A stretch of 59,544 nt of DNA, the filler included, from Sphacelaria rigidula (lineage: Eukaryota): assembly GCA_964200075.2 (NCBI GenBank). It is 7 parts of 7 records of this genome, joined end to end, with 100 filler letters (N's around TTAATTAATTAA, not from the genome) between each part and the next. Parts side by side here need not be neighbours in the genome. Positions count along the whole stretch, not along the records: positions 1 to 8,421 come from CAXNAA020011197.1; positions 8,522 to 16,942 come from CAXNAA020011198.1; 5 more parts are not named here. One strand, 5' to 3'. Both the position numbers and the translations under genes were made by a program. The notes under the pieces were generated by a model, which ran no database searches, was not told the DNA's origin, and saw only the letters and a list, made by a program, of their open reading frames with translations. Shown in pieces: positions 1 to 14,000 of the stretch (within the stretch, counting starts at the first letter, position 1; each line of letters begins with the position of its first letter).

Positions 1-1694
1 GTCCCGGCTTTGTAGGGGTCGGAAGTCAATGGTCTTATGACTATAGCATGCATGATCATGAGTACACCGCCATAAATCAAGCCCTGATATTCTTCGTTTC
101 CTACTAGCGGCCCGAGACTGTAGACGAGGGACAAAGGGTCTTGTTTTCACTACTTTCGAAGCGCTCCAATTTCGTAGAAAGCAACCCGCATGAGCGTTGT
201 TGTACCAACTCGAACAGCTGTGGGAGCTCGCTACGTTAAAGGACCCCCGGCAGAGATGATTCGATTGACAAGCCGCTGCCCTTCTTGAGAGTATCTTGAA
301 AAACATTGAAAAAGACAGCGCGAAACATTGTTTACACTTCGACAGCCCAGACCCCTAGTTGGACACCAGTTGGAGCTTTTGGCGGGGGCGCGGAATAGGT
401 GTTCCAGGAGAGGCACTGCCTACACAGACAGCCGTTACCACGCACACGAAATGTCGAGATTATGCGTGCATAAGATATTATCACGATGGCTAGGCCTTCA
501 CTCCATAGGATAACGTTCCGAAGTATACAAAATATATAAAAGTGGATCAGTTTTTCTCTTGTCAAAAAACCATGTATGTTTGATGTTTGATGTTTGCAAA
601 AACAATAACGGGCGCTGATTCCTCCTAAGGAAAACTTCGCAATGCTGCACTCGAAACTTGTTCTTCGAAACGTGCACCCCACCCCCCAAGAAGGTCCATA
701 TGAAGGAGTGTACTTATACATGACATATTTCAAATATCCTTTCGCGTAAAGGCTCGAGGAAGACATTGCCGCCACGGTGAAGCCCCTGCCCGCTTCCAAG
801 AATCAGGTCGACGTGAAACCAAAGTTTGATCTTTGAAAAGAAAAAAACGGGGCTCAATTGAAGGCCGAAGGCTAACGCCTACGTAACGAAATAGGCCACG
901 ATATGGCTCTGCATCTCCATGATTACCTCGTTGGGCGCGAGACCTAGTCGATTAAATTGACCCGAAACATCTCTCTGTACAGAAGAAGTTGAAGGTGTTG
1001 GATTTTGTCACGCCTGCTTTCAAGCGTCGGGGTGAGAAAAAGTGATGATATATAACATATGTTGGAGTACCTCCGTTTCACTTCCTTGTGGCTATTGTGT
1101 TGTTCCGGCCTTCCTGTCGTGGCCGCAGTGATGGAAACAGGACGCATGGCGTTTATGTACTTCAAAACACCGGTACAGCCGCGTTGTAGGCAGTTGGCGT
1201 GACTCTTTCAGGGTGGTATTGTGACGCTTTGGGCTCATCTTGTTGCTGTCAACGTCCCTCATATTTATTGGTTGTCAACAACTATTCATCAGCCACTCTT
1301 CATCAGCCACGAGGTTGTCCAGACAGAATGTCCCGCGCAACCCTCCAGTACAGCGAGCAGCTTCACAGTATACTCTACCAGCGACCGCCACACCAGGTCA
1401 CTTTGTTCGTCTGTACTGTTCTATCGTCTCTGCTCTTGGCTGTGCCCTGGTGCAAGTACGCGAGAGGCCACGCCCGTACACATAGCAAACGCGCTGCTGC
1501 AACGAGGGTACGCTTCGGGCCGAACAATCTTAGAACGATGCGGCTCACCCTTTATGCGACTAGCCGAACACAAATCCGGCGCTTCGCGCTTGGTGCTTTG
1601 AGTGCGAGCCTGGTCCGGCGAAAACCCGGCTTGCTCCATCCCGGCTTTGTAGGGATGCGAGATCAATGGTCTGATGGCTACTGTACTGTGCACT

Positions 1695-2040
1695 ACCGGT
1701 GACGGCAGTGTAGTATATGTTCATCGTTCCGTGGTATGCAAAGCACGCCGACGATCTTCACCAGAAAACGCGCGTGAACACGAGCGCATGTATCACCCGT
1801 GATGGGCCAGCGTGATAGATGCTGTGATAGGTAGCATGCCAAGTTCTTACGAGTGTGTGTTGCACACCTTGGCTTATCTGTGCCATGTGTTGCGCGTTCC
1901 AGGAATGATACATGCGTATATGATGTGTTTATCGTGTTTATCGTGTTCATCGATGATCCTCGTCGGCGTACTCTGCACGTCACCGAACGACGAACATATT
2001 GTACAGTACAGTTGGCGGCACTATACAGGTCATCACCGGT
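1695..2040. mobile_element. Imperfect fold-back (MITE-like) element
   Basis: ACCGGTGA..TATGTTCATCGTTCC..GCACGCCGACGA on the left is mirrored by TCGTCGGCGTAC..GAACGACGAACATAT..TCACCGGT on the right. Confidence 0.55.
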
Positions 2041-2916
2041 TCGGGAATATCACTGAAAGTGACTCACCGTGTTTCCGGTGCAGTCAGATAAGACATGGGG
2101 GACAAGAGACTGCAGAACTCTCGTTGCAGTGAGGCAGGAGGAAACATGCAGGGCAAAGATGCAACAGAAGCGGCTCTTGGCATTTGCGGAGAACCAACGT
2201 ATGTGGCCACAACCCGGTTCTGCTGTCTCCTTGCGTCGGCGGGGTCAATGTCAAAAGTATTGAAGCGAAATCCAGGGATCGCATTCGCTTTGGATGAGAC
2301 GTTCGCAGCGAAGAGTCGGAATAAGTGGCCCTTCGCACCTGCGGATTTTCCCTCACAGTTGCCGAGCAAACTTCCGGTACAACTATTTCTGACCACTTTC
2401 AGGTTCAGTTGCGGATGAAGGGAGGCGATATCAGGTACACCTGGTGCGCTTATGGTCATTTTCGGGTATTTTGCCTTCTCGGCTGGTCAGATAGCAGCAT
2501 ATGCGGCATTTCTCATCACCGAGCTGTACCTGAACATGTCCGAAAAGAGCTCAGATATACGTGACTGTGGCCTTTTCTTCGAAAAAGTAATGTCTGATGC
2601 TGGCTAGCACGATGGTGCTGTACAGCACATTTCTGTACTGGATAGATTATACTCTATAAGGGAACGCCCGTGTACATGCAGTCAGTGCTGCTGCTGTTGC
2701 GCTACTGCAGGACAAGGGTGCCACCGACGGTAAAGCAGCATCATTAGGGTTAGGTGTGAGGTGTGAGGTGTCGTGATGGGTGGAGATGCGAGCTGCGACC
2801 ATCAGTTGTCGTGTGCAAGCTGCCTTCCGATGAGGAGGGTGCTGCTTGTGTGTAGGCTGTTCACGACGGGCGCAAATAAGGAGGGGAAACTGGTTTTATT
2901 ACGTGTACTTTGTGCC

Positions 2917-2988
2917 ACGCCCCGGTGGTGTAATGGTCCGTCTATCGCCATTAGGGTGGAAAGAACGAGGGTTCGATTCCCGATGCGT
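2917..2988 (+). pseudogene. tRNA-like sequence (pseudo-tRNA or SINE head)
   Basis: A-box TGGTGTAATGG, B-box GGTTCGATTCC, ACGC/GCGT terminal pairing over ~72 nt and a following T-run; the anticodon arm is not credible. Confidence 0.55.
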
Positions 2989-3935
2989 TGTTTTTTTCTT
3001 TGTAATGTCTGGTTCCACCGTGGAAAGCGTGAGAACGTGAGTAAACAAAGTAGTTCACTGAGTTTGTTGACGTGAGTTGACGCGGTGCGGGAGTGCTGAC
3101 CCAACCCACGAGACCGAAATGTAAGGCGTGTAACGGGGAGAGATGGGTTGATTCCTCGAGATCACGGACTCATCCCGAGGAAGGGGTGTGGTTCAAAGTG
3201 CAACAAATAAATGAAGTATTAAAAATGATAATAACTCAGTATGGGTTCCAAACCCTGGACATTACTGGTTTGAGCACTGCACTGAACTCAAGTACAAGGC
3301 CTTAAAAGCTACCCCATGGAACCGACACTCCTTACTAGACTTTTCATCGTGGGGTGTTGTTGAAATAGACATGTTGTTTAGGGGACCCCGTAAGCCTGCC
3401 ACTGCCCGAGCATCAGTCACCGCCCACCTAGCGCCCATTACATCTTCAAAAACATACAGGAAGCATCAGCGCCTGATTAGTACAATGCTGCGCTGTTCCT
3501 GTCCTGTGGTATGTTGTGTGGTATGCGGTATGCTTGTTTGGTGTGTTTCATAATATAGCGTAATGTAGGGTATTGAAAATGGCAGGCGATAACACCGATA
3601 TTCTTCGGGGTCTTACCAACTACTATGAGCTGGGCAAGCCGTAGAACGAAAAACCCGTGGGCACACCACAACTTCTCAAGTTTCCTGAATCAGCCCGATT
3701 TAAGCATATCGCTGTGAACTGCAGACCAATCTGGTCATGCCCGCTCTGCCGCTAAGAAAAAAACGAAAAAAGTGTTCTGCAGAATATATGACCTCAACGA
3801 CGGGACCAGATTCTGCGAAAAAAAAAGAGGATCTGTCGAGATTCGAAGTCGTGACCTCCACAACTGGAGTCTCCTGTGTCACTCAGAGTACAGGGGCGCA
3901 GCGGTGTCACACAAAAAGTTCCAATGTTGTGTTTT

Positions 3936-4400
3936 CTAGGGTACAACTTTCTGCATAGCCGAGGTATTTTCTCGGGTATCTACCATACCCGACACTTCTA
4001 TACCGATACCCTACAGTTCTATAAACTCTGTAAGACGATAGTTTTGTGAGTTCTGTAAGCCTCCTGTACCGTTACTGGGGGCACGGGTACGCTCTTGATA
4101 AGATACCCGGTTGCGGGTACGGTTTTCTGTGCAGCCTCCATACCCTGCTCGACAGTTTCTATGAGTTTTGTGCGCCTCCCATACCCTTATCCGACAGTTC
4201 TGTGAGTTCTGTACATAAAGTATGCCCGTACACGGAGCGCGGGTATACCGTTGAAGAAATACCCGATTGCCGGTACGGTTTCCTTCAGGCCTCCCATACC
4301 GTACCCGACAAGTTCTGTAATTTGCGTGAGAGTTTCAAACCGGCACCCGATATATCTGAAAATTCTCTAAGGAATCCCATACCCTACAGAACACAACCTA
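3936..4400. repeat. Non-autonomous dispersed repeat with internal TACCCG/TTCTGT subrepeats
   Basis: Recurrent ATACCC/GTACCCG/AGTTCTGT motifs, bounded by inverted TTTTCTAGG...CCTAGAAAA. Confidence 0.55.
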
Positions 4401-6069
4401 GAAAAATTCCACGCGAGGCCTAATTATAGGAGTTTTTAGCCAAAATCTCACCAGGATCTTCTGTGCGCAAGTCGAAGATTCGTTTTTCGCGATACGGGAG
4501 TCTTTTGCTTTTTTAATGGACATACAACATGTCTAGTTTTTGCTGAAACTTCAAATCGCTCCAACTTCATTTTCATTCATCTTCATATCGAGTAGACTGA
4601 GAAGATGTTTCGCGTTTTGATAAAAATGTGCAAAAAATTCAGCGCACAACCCCTCCGATTTAGCTTCGCGTCACCTATACTCCGAAAAAAATATTTTGGC
4701 TCGCCCAGCTTGTATCGTTTTCGTTGATGGGATGATGTTCATCCCTCCTTGTTCGACCCTTAGACTGCGATCGTCGCTTTAAAATAGTTTCACCGGCTGA
4801 CACTAAAAGAGACATCCGGGGGTGTTCAGGGGGGAGGGAGGGGGGGGGGAGAGGGGCGTACTCATTTGTTGTTGCCTCAGTCGTTTGACCATTGACTCAT
4901 CTCTTTCGAGAGGGAGGGGGGGCTTTTTGCAGAGCGGCCGAAAAGTTCACCAAGTCACTCATGTATGTTTGAAAGTTCCCACGGAAAATTACAAGCCAGG
5001 AACGAGGCCCGAGAGGAGCAGAGTGGCCATTTTGAGAGCTGTGATTGGTCAGAATGATCCACCGTTAGGACAAATCACGACTCAGAATCACCAAAGTCAC
5101 GATTTCTTCGGCCTGATCGCCCAAAGGGGAGAAAAAAGTTGATCGCTGGTCCAAGGNNNNNNNNNNGGGCTGCGTGTACCTGGGTTGCAACGCTGAAATA
5201 AAGCCTGGGGATTAATTCGTCACGAGTCGACTCATCATACGAATCATTATTTGTCCGACCCTTGGAATTATCACTTGCTCCCTGTAGATGAACTGCAGAT
5301 GGACTACCTCGCCGGCTAGCCGTAACTCTCATTTTAGTCATGACAATTCAAACATAGATAACATGGGCACAAACAATGTGCTTTTTACTTGCTCGCGGTC
5401 CAAGCCGCTTGCCTGACCCCTCATATGTTGCCAGCATCAGTGTTTCGCCAAAATAAAAAATAAGCATTTCTCGGAACAGAATCTGACCGCTTTTCCCTCT
5501 AGTGCGCACTGCTGCAGCGCACAGCACCAGATGAAGTGACGTGGGACTGTTGACTGTGGTTTGCATGGCGTATGAGCGAAGTTTTAGCGCCTCGCAGCAG
5601 CTACAGCTCGCGCAGGGCCGTGCATCATGAACTGCGCAGCTCTACAGACTGTGTGCCGATCGGTACACCACAGATGGTCTTGATCCAGAAGGGGTCGCAG
5701 TACAGACCGGTGTCAGTTTGCGACCACATCGGCAGCCCAGCCGCTCAACATGTCTAAGTTTGTGCATCTGCGCGTGCATATGTATCCGCCTGTAGTGCGC
5801 AAAGTCTGTGCTGCTGTATAGCCGACTTGAGGGCGCATGGATGGCACTCCCCGAAATCGATTGTGGCCATGTTGTAGGAAAGTCTAGCGCCCAATCGCGC
5901 GGATGCTTCGCGCATATGCTGTCTGTGTTGTGTCCGACTAGTGTGCAAAGTTTCATCATGGAACGCGCAGTCGCAGGCGAGAAATCCACAAGCAAGGTTG
6001 CACTAGAGATCGGGAGTTTACCGTAGGAAAGTATCCAAATAAACACAAGATGCGGTTACGCCCTGGTTC

Positions 6070-6196
6070 GGCCGCATATCAGACGCGGTTACGCAGTATT
6101 ACGGTACGGGTACTGTCTGTAGACCGTACATTGGTCGCATATCAGATGCGGCTACGCAGTATTACCGGGCGGGTACCATCTGTAGACCGTACATTG
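6070..6196. repeat. 63-bp tandem duplication
   Basis: GCATATCAGAYGCGGYTACGCAGTATTAC...TCTGTAGACCGTACATTG occurs at 6074 and 6137. Confidence 0.85.
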
Positions 6197-8421
6197 CATC
6201 AGCGTATTATATTGCGATTTGTAGTGGTCATGACGGAGTTTTCAAATTTCAAATACATCAGCTGCGCCACCAGACATGGATGCAAACGATCGTGTCGTTC
6301 TCGGTTTCTTCGAAAGTAATTGAGATGCTCCTTTTTCAGGCGGATTACACACTCGATATACTACGCCCTAGGCGTGGTGATGCGCTGAAACGCGAAGCGT
6401 GGTCGCCACCTATCGTCGTACCATAGGGCCCACAAAGCACCCGTACCGAGCAACACCATGCACACCACCGAACGCGAGACATGATGACGTTCTCAGCCTG
6501 CAATGTGTGCCGACGATCCAGCCTTGAACATAGCTCTTCAGATATGCCGCGTGTTGGGCCGTAGGTCCTCCCTCTGGGGAACCTCGCTCGTGTGGACTAC
6601 ATCTAATTTGCAGATGATCCCAGCTGATAATTTATACGATGACTCTTGTATGCGAAAATTGGCTCACACTTGACTTTCTTTTCTTTTGGCAAACACTGGC
6701 ATAACTTTGCACTATCTGCAGTGTTGTTGTGGAACACTAAGCAGAGAGATCATCAGTGTGCAGTAGACCATGTTCAATGGAGAGCGATGATGCACTGACT
6801 GTTTCTTGCCGTTGTATCTAGCGAAGACATACAGTACACATACTGAGTTTGCTCGCACTTGACTGCATGGTGAAACCCGGTCAGGGGATCTCCGGGACTA
6901 TTTTTTATACAGATGCCCAACATCCACATGTTCATGAAAAAATGGGTTTTGTGTAGAGAGAAAGCAGCTGTTCTGAACCCCAAATGTGGCATAGTCCACC
7001 TGAAGCCATCTGAGGGGAGTGAGCAGTCTAAGGGTTTGAGCTCCCTGCTGTAAACCCCTTGACCTCCATGCACCCCGAGATCGCCCAGTATCGCTCATGG
7101 TCGATTTTGGTCTCAGACCTGTTCCTTTTTAACCCTTTTGGAACCGTTGATGGAAAATTGACGATTTACATTTGACGTTTTTTTCGGGCAAGAAATGGTT
7201 GTTTTTCTACAGCCTTTGAGCGAACGATTCCCCCAAAGCGCATTTTTCAGACCCGTGCGAATGAAACGTGGAAGAAGAAGGTTATCTATTTTATGGGTAT
7301 GACGAATTGTTCGACCTGTCAGTGTCTGCTAACCCCCGCCAGAGTGCACGGCTGACCTTTCGTGAAGCAAGCTTCACGCCGCACCTGCAGTAGATGCTTC
7401 GTGCCGCACCATGGCAAGCCTGCGCCTAAGTTTCAATTACAAAGGCAACGCCGACGGCACATTCACCTCAGTTATGCCCCCGTTTACTGTATGTATTTGG
7501 AGACAGTCACCGTCAGACCCTGTGGGGATGTGTCCACCTACTCCTCTGTACTGCGTGTGATCATGATATTTTCAGCTTATTTCAACTGTCAACTCACGTC
7601 ATTACTGTACTCCGTCGTGCGCGTTTATACGGCACCACACTGCGCTTTGATCATTCCATAACCGCGACGAGGGTGCCATGGACCCCGCCGTTATACATAC
7701 TCCTGGTGCAGCGTAGACGGGGGCCGTTACTTCGGCATATCCGATACAAGCCGTCACTTCGTAGGCTGTGATCTCACCGCATATCTCATCCTACACTTTG
7801 TGCTGTACGTTTCCACGACACCACCCCTATAGTGCGGATTGATCATGCTCGAACGTTGCAGAGCCCCACTTTGTGCTGCGTGAGGTGTATTACTCCGGCT
7901 TGCGCTATATCGTTCGGACCGTCTGTCCTCGTGGGCGGCGTTGGGTTTTCATGCAATAATATTACACACCTTCTGTCTTCTTGCATGGAACACCGTAACA
8001 CCGTTATTCAGTTATACTGGACTGTAGTGAAGTGTGAAGTGTGTTTGCTGACTCTAGTTATGGTTGGTTTTGGCTGGTTGCGAAAGGCTACCCCGGTCGG
8101 TTGTCGACTGTTTGCCAGTATGTCGCCTGTCTGGACGCTGGCAATCACGTCCACCTGATGTCTTCCACATAATTCTGTGTGCCTCGCAGCGTTTTCTCTT
8201 GCTGCGGTTACTGTGCTGAAGTTCGGTAGCGAGCGGGGGGGCGGTTGGCGCCGGAGGGCAATGGGCTGCCCCAACCGCTCCTGCAGCTTTTTCAGCGAAA
8301 CGCCTGGTAGCGTCCTGGCCGTACTTCTCAGTCACCTCTTCCGATTGAACGTGAAGTGCATATGGGTTGCTCTTCAGCGCTTCCACATGTGGCGAAGGGA
8401 TTTCCTCATGCTCCGGAATAT

Positions 8422-8521
8422 NNNNNNNNNNNNNNNNNNNNNNNNNNNNNNNNNNNNNNNNNNNNTTAATTAATTAANNNNNNNNNNNNNNNNNNNNNNN
8501 NNNNNNNNNNNNNNNNNNNNN
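8422..8521. other. Artificial scaffold-joining linker (N44-TTAATTAATTAA-N44); identical linkers at 16943-17042, 25464-25563, 33985-34084, 42505-42604, 51025-51124
   Basis: Identical 100-bp spacer carrying stop codons in all six frames, recurring every 8521/8520 bp. Confidence 0.98.
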
Positions 8522-8905
8522 AAGGGGCTCCTAACAATTCTAATCTCAGAAATTATTTCTCTACCCCTACCGTAGCATCACCCTAGGGCGAGCACTCGAG
8601 TCATTGCTCGTGGGAAAAAATGACAGGGCGAGCACCTGAGTCACTGCTCGCTGTGAAAAAAATTAGTGGGGCGAGCACTCGAGTCATTGCTCGTTTTGAA
8701 AAAAAAATAATAGGGCGAGCACTCGAGTCATTGCTCGTTGTGGGGAAAAGTAATAGGGAGAGAACTTGAGTCATTGCTCTTTGTAGAAAAAATTAATAGG
8801 GCGAGCACTCGAGTCATACTCGTTGTCGAAAAAGATAATAAAAGAGCAACGCTACGGTAGGGGTGCAGAAATACTTTCTGAGGTTAAAATTGCTAGGAGC
8901 CCTTT
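8522..8905. mobile_element. Inverted-repeat-bounded module containing six ~43-bp tandem hairpin units
   Basis: ~55-bp inverted arms (AAGGGGCTCCTAACAATT...CCCCTACCGTAGC / GCTACGGTAGGGG...TAGGAGCCCTT) enclose 6 copies of AGGGCGAGCACTCGAGTCATTGCTCG plus A-rich linkers. The adjoining 8875-9090 is homologous to 34175-34400. Confidence 0.8.
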
Positions 8906-11074
8906 ATCTAATCCGAAACGAAAGTTATGAAATAAGTGAGAGTACGACAGGGTAACTACTCCAATGTGCGAGGGATATCCCCAAACAGGGATGCCCTGAC
9001 CCGTATCCTTGTTCATCTAGAATCGTTAAGAACCCCTGAACCAGACAAGATTTCGCGCAAAACGTGCACCCCTACCGTAGCATTGCTCATGGGGCGAGCA
9101 CTCGAGTCATGCTCTTTGTGCTTTCAAAAAACATCCACAAGTGCACTCGTTTCGACGAATAATGATTCGTCCGACGTGTACAATATTTGCATGTCATCGA
9201 TCCGTTCTGCTCTTTGCTTGTCACGGGCGATCGTTCGCGGCAACTCTCTGCATGCATACAGCGGATGTCGTGAGCACGGTAAGCACTGCTGGTGTTGCGA
9301 TCGACGAGGTAGGGCCTGCGCAGTGGCCCATGGTGATGGAGCATGGCGATTCTGACGGCGACCGATCTCACGGTAGTTGTTTTTCGCTGGTTATTTCGAC
9401 TGTGCTCTTGTTCTTGGTTGGTGGAATATGGTACCACTGTTTAAGACGACAAGTACCTCTCTGGATTTTTCGCTCGAGGTTCGAAAATTATCAAAACCTG
9501 AAATATCTGGAGACGTGCACATCAACCATTCAGAGGTCATTGATAGAGAGAGAGGTCTGTAGTTGTTCTGTGATCGTATGTCATGTATTCATGTGGCAAA
9601 ATAAACATGTAACGGGACAGGATGTTCTTCATCAAATTAGCGGGCGAAGCCCGCACAGCAAGCCAAACCTCCCACACACAGATAGTGGTAACCCGAAGTG
9701 AATTAAAGGCAGCGCGACTATGGTCGAGCGTTCAAACTCGGCACTGGCTCAAAATTGTGGACCTCTCCACAATCAGACCGAGGGACTGAAACATGGTACA
9801 TGTCCTGTTTCGCTACTGTACCGCAGCAAAAATACTCAAGCCCTCTTTCATGTGTTGGAGCTTCCATTGCCTGTACTGTTGGGGTGTATTCACGCACTGC
9901 GAAGACTGGATTTTGGGCGGTAGGTCCATTTGACTGGGTTTCCGGACATGGGATCTGCCCCCGGTTTTGGGGCGATCAGAGAACAACAAGGCGTGAAAAC
10001 ACACCGATGATGACCACCAAATTATCGCTTCGCATCTCTCCTCAACATTTCAGGTCCCGAGTCCAAACCTCTGACGAAAATCTCCATGAATTAGGTGTTG
10101 ATCTTCGAGTGATGCCGCGGTAGCCCCCCCCCCAACCGCCCACAAAAGTGTCACGAAGGAAACAGCCATGACCATCCCTACAGGGCATGATATATGTTAT
10201 GATAGCTGGTTTCAGACTGCATCAGGCGCCTCATATAAGCGACATTATCGAAAAAGATGCACGCGTGGGTGTTCCCGGCTGCTCAGAGTGCTCAACTTAT
10301 GTAATCAACTTGATCCACAATCAGATTTTGCCTCCTCAGACCAGACAGTTGGGGGGGAGCGGGGGGGGGGGAAGCTACGAGCTGGGCCAACCTGGACGGA
10401 TTTGAGCTCTCAGAGGCATATCTCATCGACACAGGCAGACGAATTGGGCCGTGATCCGCATACCCTATGGATCGTCTATTCGAGGGAAAGATGCTCATCT
10501 GCTCAACAGCCTGGAACATTTTTTACTCGTTGGTTAGACGCCATATCCCGTGATTCCTATTGAACCGCATGGAGATAGGGTCCGTACTAAAGTCTGTATG
10601 AAACCCGAACGCTCCCTTTCAAATGGTTAGTGAAGGACGTTATCGTGAAAAAATAGTCTGTATCATACTTGAACTCTCTTCACTCATACAAAAATAAGGA
10701 ATCACCGTGTCCCATTTTTCGTCGCTATGTTCTCGCGACTTCCTGCACAAAATTTCAAAACACAAGTACCAAAACTGGGTGGGTCGATAGTCTACTAAAT
10801 ACTGTTCCGAATTTCAACTGACACTGGTTCTAAACCACCCATTCTCACCTCAAGTTTGAGAGCAGGCATTCCAAATTTGGTGTGGAGAATAAACAGGGTA
10901 TGACGAAAATATCGATGTGAGACATGAAGGCAATTTTGTTCTGTTTTCATGACTTACGGATATTTTACTGGAAACTGGATCTTCATTGCTGCTGTCCAAT
11001 GACTTCGCTATCGCTCGGGCATTCATTTGAACGCGACCTACCGATGCATCATCAACCTCTACGCCCCATGACCG

Positions 11075-14000
11075 ATGCAATCCTCCTCAAAAGCAGTTTC
11101 GGTGGACGACGTTGGCTACACGGACATCATCGACCTGGCTGCGGCTCCATCGCCCGTTGCTGCCGAGACCACGTCACTCCCCGCAACAGCCTCGCTCTCG
11201 GATGCGAGCAGGGCTTCTTCGGGTGTCCAGATTGGGATACCGACTACGGACACTGAGCGGGATGAATCGTTCGGCACTAGCGCCGACATCACCGCGATCG
11301 ATCCCACTCCCCTTTTCCCCGGTATTCTCACGGACACCCCCTTGTCTTCGTCTGGATCGTCAGCCCCCGACACCACTGACGAAACACACAATGGGCATGT
11401 TCACGACGGCATCGAGGCAGCTTCGAGCAGCTTGCTCGACAGCGACATCGGCCCCGCCCACCGCAGCACCATGAGTGATGATGATAATCCCGCCGTCCCT
11501 GGCATCAACGCTGACTATGCCTATCCGTCGTCTGCATCCCCTTCCCCGACTCTCCACGCGCCGACCAGAGACGAGATTGGCGCCAGCACCGACCCGAGCG
11601 CGACGGCGCCGGCTGGCCCTGCTGCAAAAGGTAGTGAAGACTCAACCGTGATCGAGCCCAGTGATATCACCAGCACTTCGGATACTCCACCGACTGGCTT
11701 CGATGGCGTCGAACACTCTTACGGAGACTCGGCCGACCCCGATGACATGATGGTCGACAGCACGATGGAACAATACCGTGGAGATGCCAACCAAGATGAG
11801 GGTTGTGTGACGACACCAGCTGCGTTGGAGAGCGACGACGGCAGCGAGCAGCCGGCCGGTATCGAGAACGATGGCGGTAGCGCACAGCCGACAGGCTTTG
11901 GGAGTGATAACGACGGCCGATCGACAAACTTCGACAGGAGCAACAACAGCAACCGGGCGGCGGACTCCGAGATCGACGGCGGCGACCAATCGGCGGAAAG
12001 CAACAGGGGTGAATACGACAAGACCGGCGGCACACCAGACAAAAACCATGGTAGCGCGGCGCAGAGTGGATATTTCGATGACGCCACCAAGGCGGATGAT
12101 AAGCGGTGGAGCGACGGTGGGCAATCGTCGGGAGAGTCAGGAGCCGGCGATGTCCACTTGGCATCACAAGACGCGGCTAAGATGGTGTTCGAGGAGGTGA
12201 GCAGGGCTTTGTTGTCTTAGATACTGCTCATCACATCATGTACCAATATTCCGTTATTCGTGGTTGGATATTTCGTGTCTTCGCCGTTTGCTGGCTGGTG
12301 TGTGTAATAAGTCGCCGATAGGCGTCGGCTGACGTGTCATGAGTTGTGTTTAATACTTTTCTCATTCATAGCAAGGGTGAATAGATCTTGCACGTGTTGG
12401 AGAGACAACGGCTACGACTCAGGCCACGTGTGATCGGTTTTCCCTTCTTGAAGCCAATATATAGCGATATGTGTATGTAGGGCTATCCCGTGGAGATACC
12501 TGGACAAGCTGCTCAAGTATTCGTCGATAGTGAGCCGGGATGCGACGTTGCTACATCTGTGAATACCTGCTGACTCGGGCAAAGAGATTTTCCCTTTGAG
12601 AGAGCAGTCGGATGACTCCTCTTCTCTCTCCGCATGTCTGGTTTCTTTGGGACATGGTGACATTTTTGCGTTTCATGGTCGTTTCGGAAGGTCAGAAATC
12701 AGCATGTAGAGGCGTTTCTGTCGTGGTTACTTCGACGTTTTCGTTTTGAATGTTGGGAAATCATTTGTCACCGGACTTGATGTGAGCGTGTCCTTGCAAT
12801 GAGGAACGCCAAGTGCGATATCGTACAGGTCAGGGAAGCGAAGGCTACGACATCGCGTAGCAACTGTCGGATACATGTTCGCCCGGCGGTATCTGCAAGA
12901 TGAAGGGCCGTTCCTAAACAAGTTCACCGATGATTTGCATCGGGTAGAGGCACGTGGCTGGTGGTAGAAATCCCGCCCCCCAAAAACAAATGATGATTTA
13001 CTGAAACCGATACATGACTCGCGTGTCGAAAGCCATGACTACAGCAACTCACTAGAAAGCGCTGGGTAAACAAGGAGCGCCTACCTACACCCTTTGCTTT
13101 TTGTTGCCCTGTCTTCTCGAGTTTATTCCGGGGAGTACTGCCGTGCACTTCTCTCGGTACTTCTGCGTTGCGACCACGATTTGATGGGTTGCGGATCAGG
13201 TCAAGAATGACAATCAGGATTATCAACTCATCAACCAATCAACCATGCTTGCCTCCCGACGCCTCCCGCTTCCTCCCCGACGCCATCCCCTGCAATCGCT
13301 GTGTTGCCTTGATCATATCTCCGATTGTCGAAACCTCCCACCATGCGCCGGCGGTACTTGTACTGAGGCAGGTATGGCCCATGCGCTTCACGCTCGGACC
13401 CGACACACCGCCGCTTCTTCCCGGCGAGTACATGAGCCGCGGGTGCGATGGTCGCCACTCCAACGTCGCCGCCGACATGTCGGCCATCCCTAGGCCAGAT
13501 TTCCTACCGCGCCCGACCGATGAGCCGATCTGCATGTGGCTCGACGACTGCGGCCAGCTCAAAATCACCCCGGGATACGAGCCGGACGTGGGCAAGCCAA
13601 CATTGTGGCAATCCACTGGCGTTAACAACACGAAGCGGGACGGTGAGACGGTCGCAGGGTGGTGGAACGTGCTGAAGGTGGGCAGGACGACCGCTGGGGC
13701 TAAGGGTTCGACGAAGAAGATCTCGAGGGATGGGGTCAAGGCAGACGGGGACGAGGGGACGAGGGCCGAGGTGGGCTTTGTGGATTGCTGCTGTTGTCCG
13801 ATACTATCGTGAACACTGTTTTCGTGAGATTGAGAGTCAAGTATGGATTGAGAGTGGGTTTTATCATTCGCTTTAACGGGACCAATTTCACAGTCTGTGT
13901 GTGTCTTCTTTCCCTGTAACACTGGCGTATGCTTACAGCTACACGCCGATATCCTACTCTGGGGTATCAAAGACTTCAGTGGCAAGCTACTACAGAAAAC

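Noticed and set aside
2917..2988. Functional tRNA gene
   Set aside because: The A and B boxes are present, but the acceptor and anticodon stems pair poorly.
8466..8477. TTAATTAATTAA as a biological periodic motif
   Set aside because: It is always centred in exactly 44+44 N, so it is an assembly linker.
8585..8840. CRISPR array
   Set aside because: The linkers are short (14-18 bp), A-rich and mutually homologous rather than unique. There are no cas genes, the context is eukaryotic and intron-rich, and the array is enclosed by inverted repeats.
11112..12200. Multiple overlapping ORFs on both strands
   Set aside because: They are shadow frames of the GC-rich exon 11075-12196.
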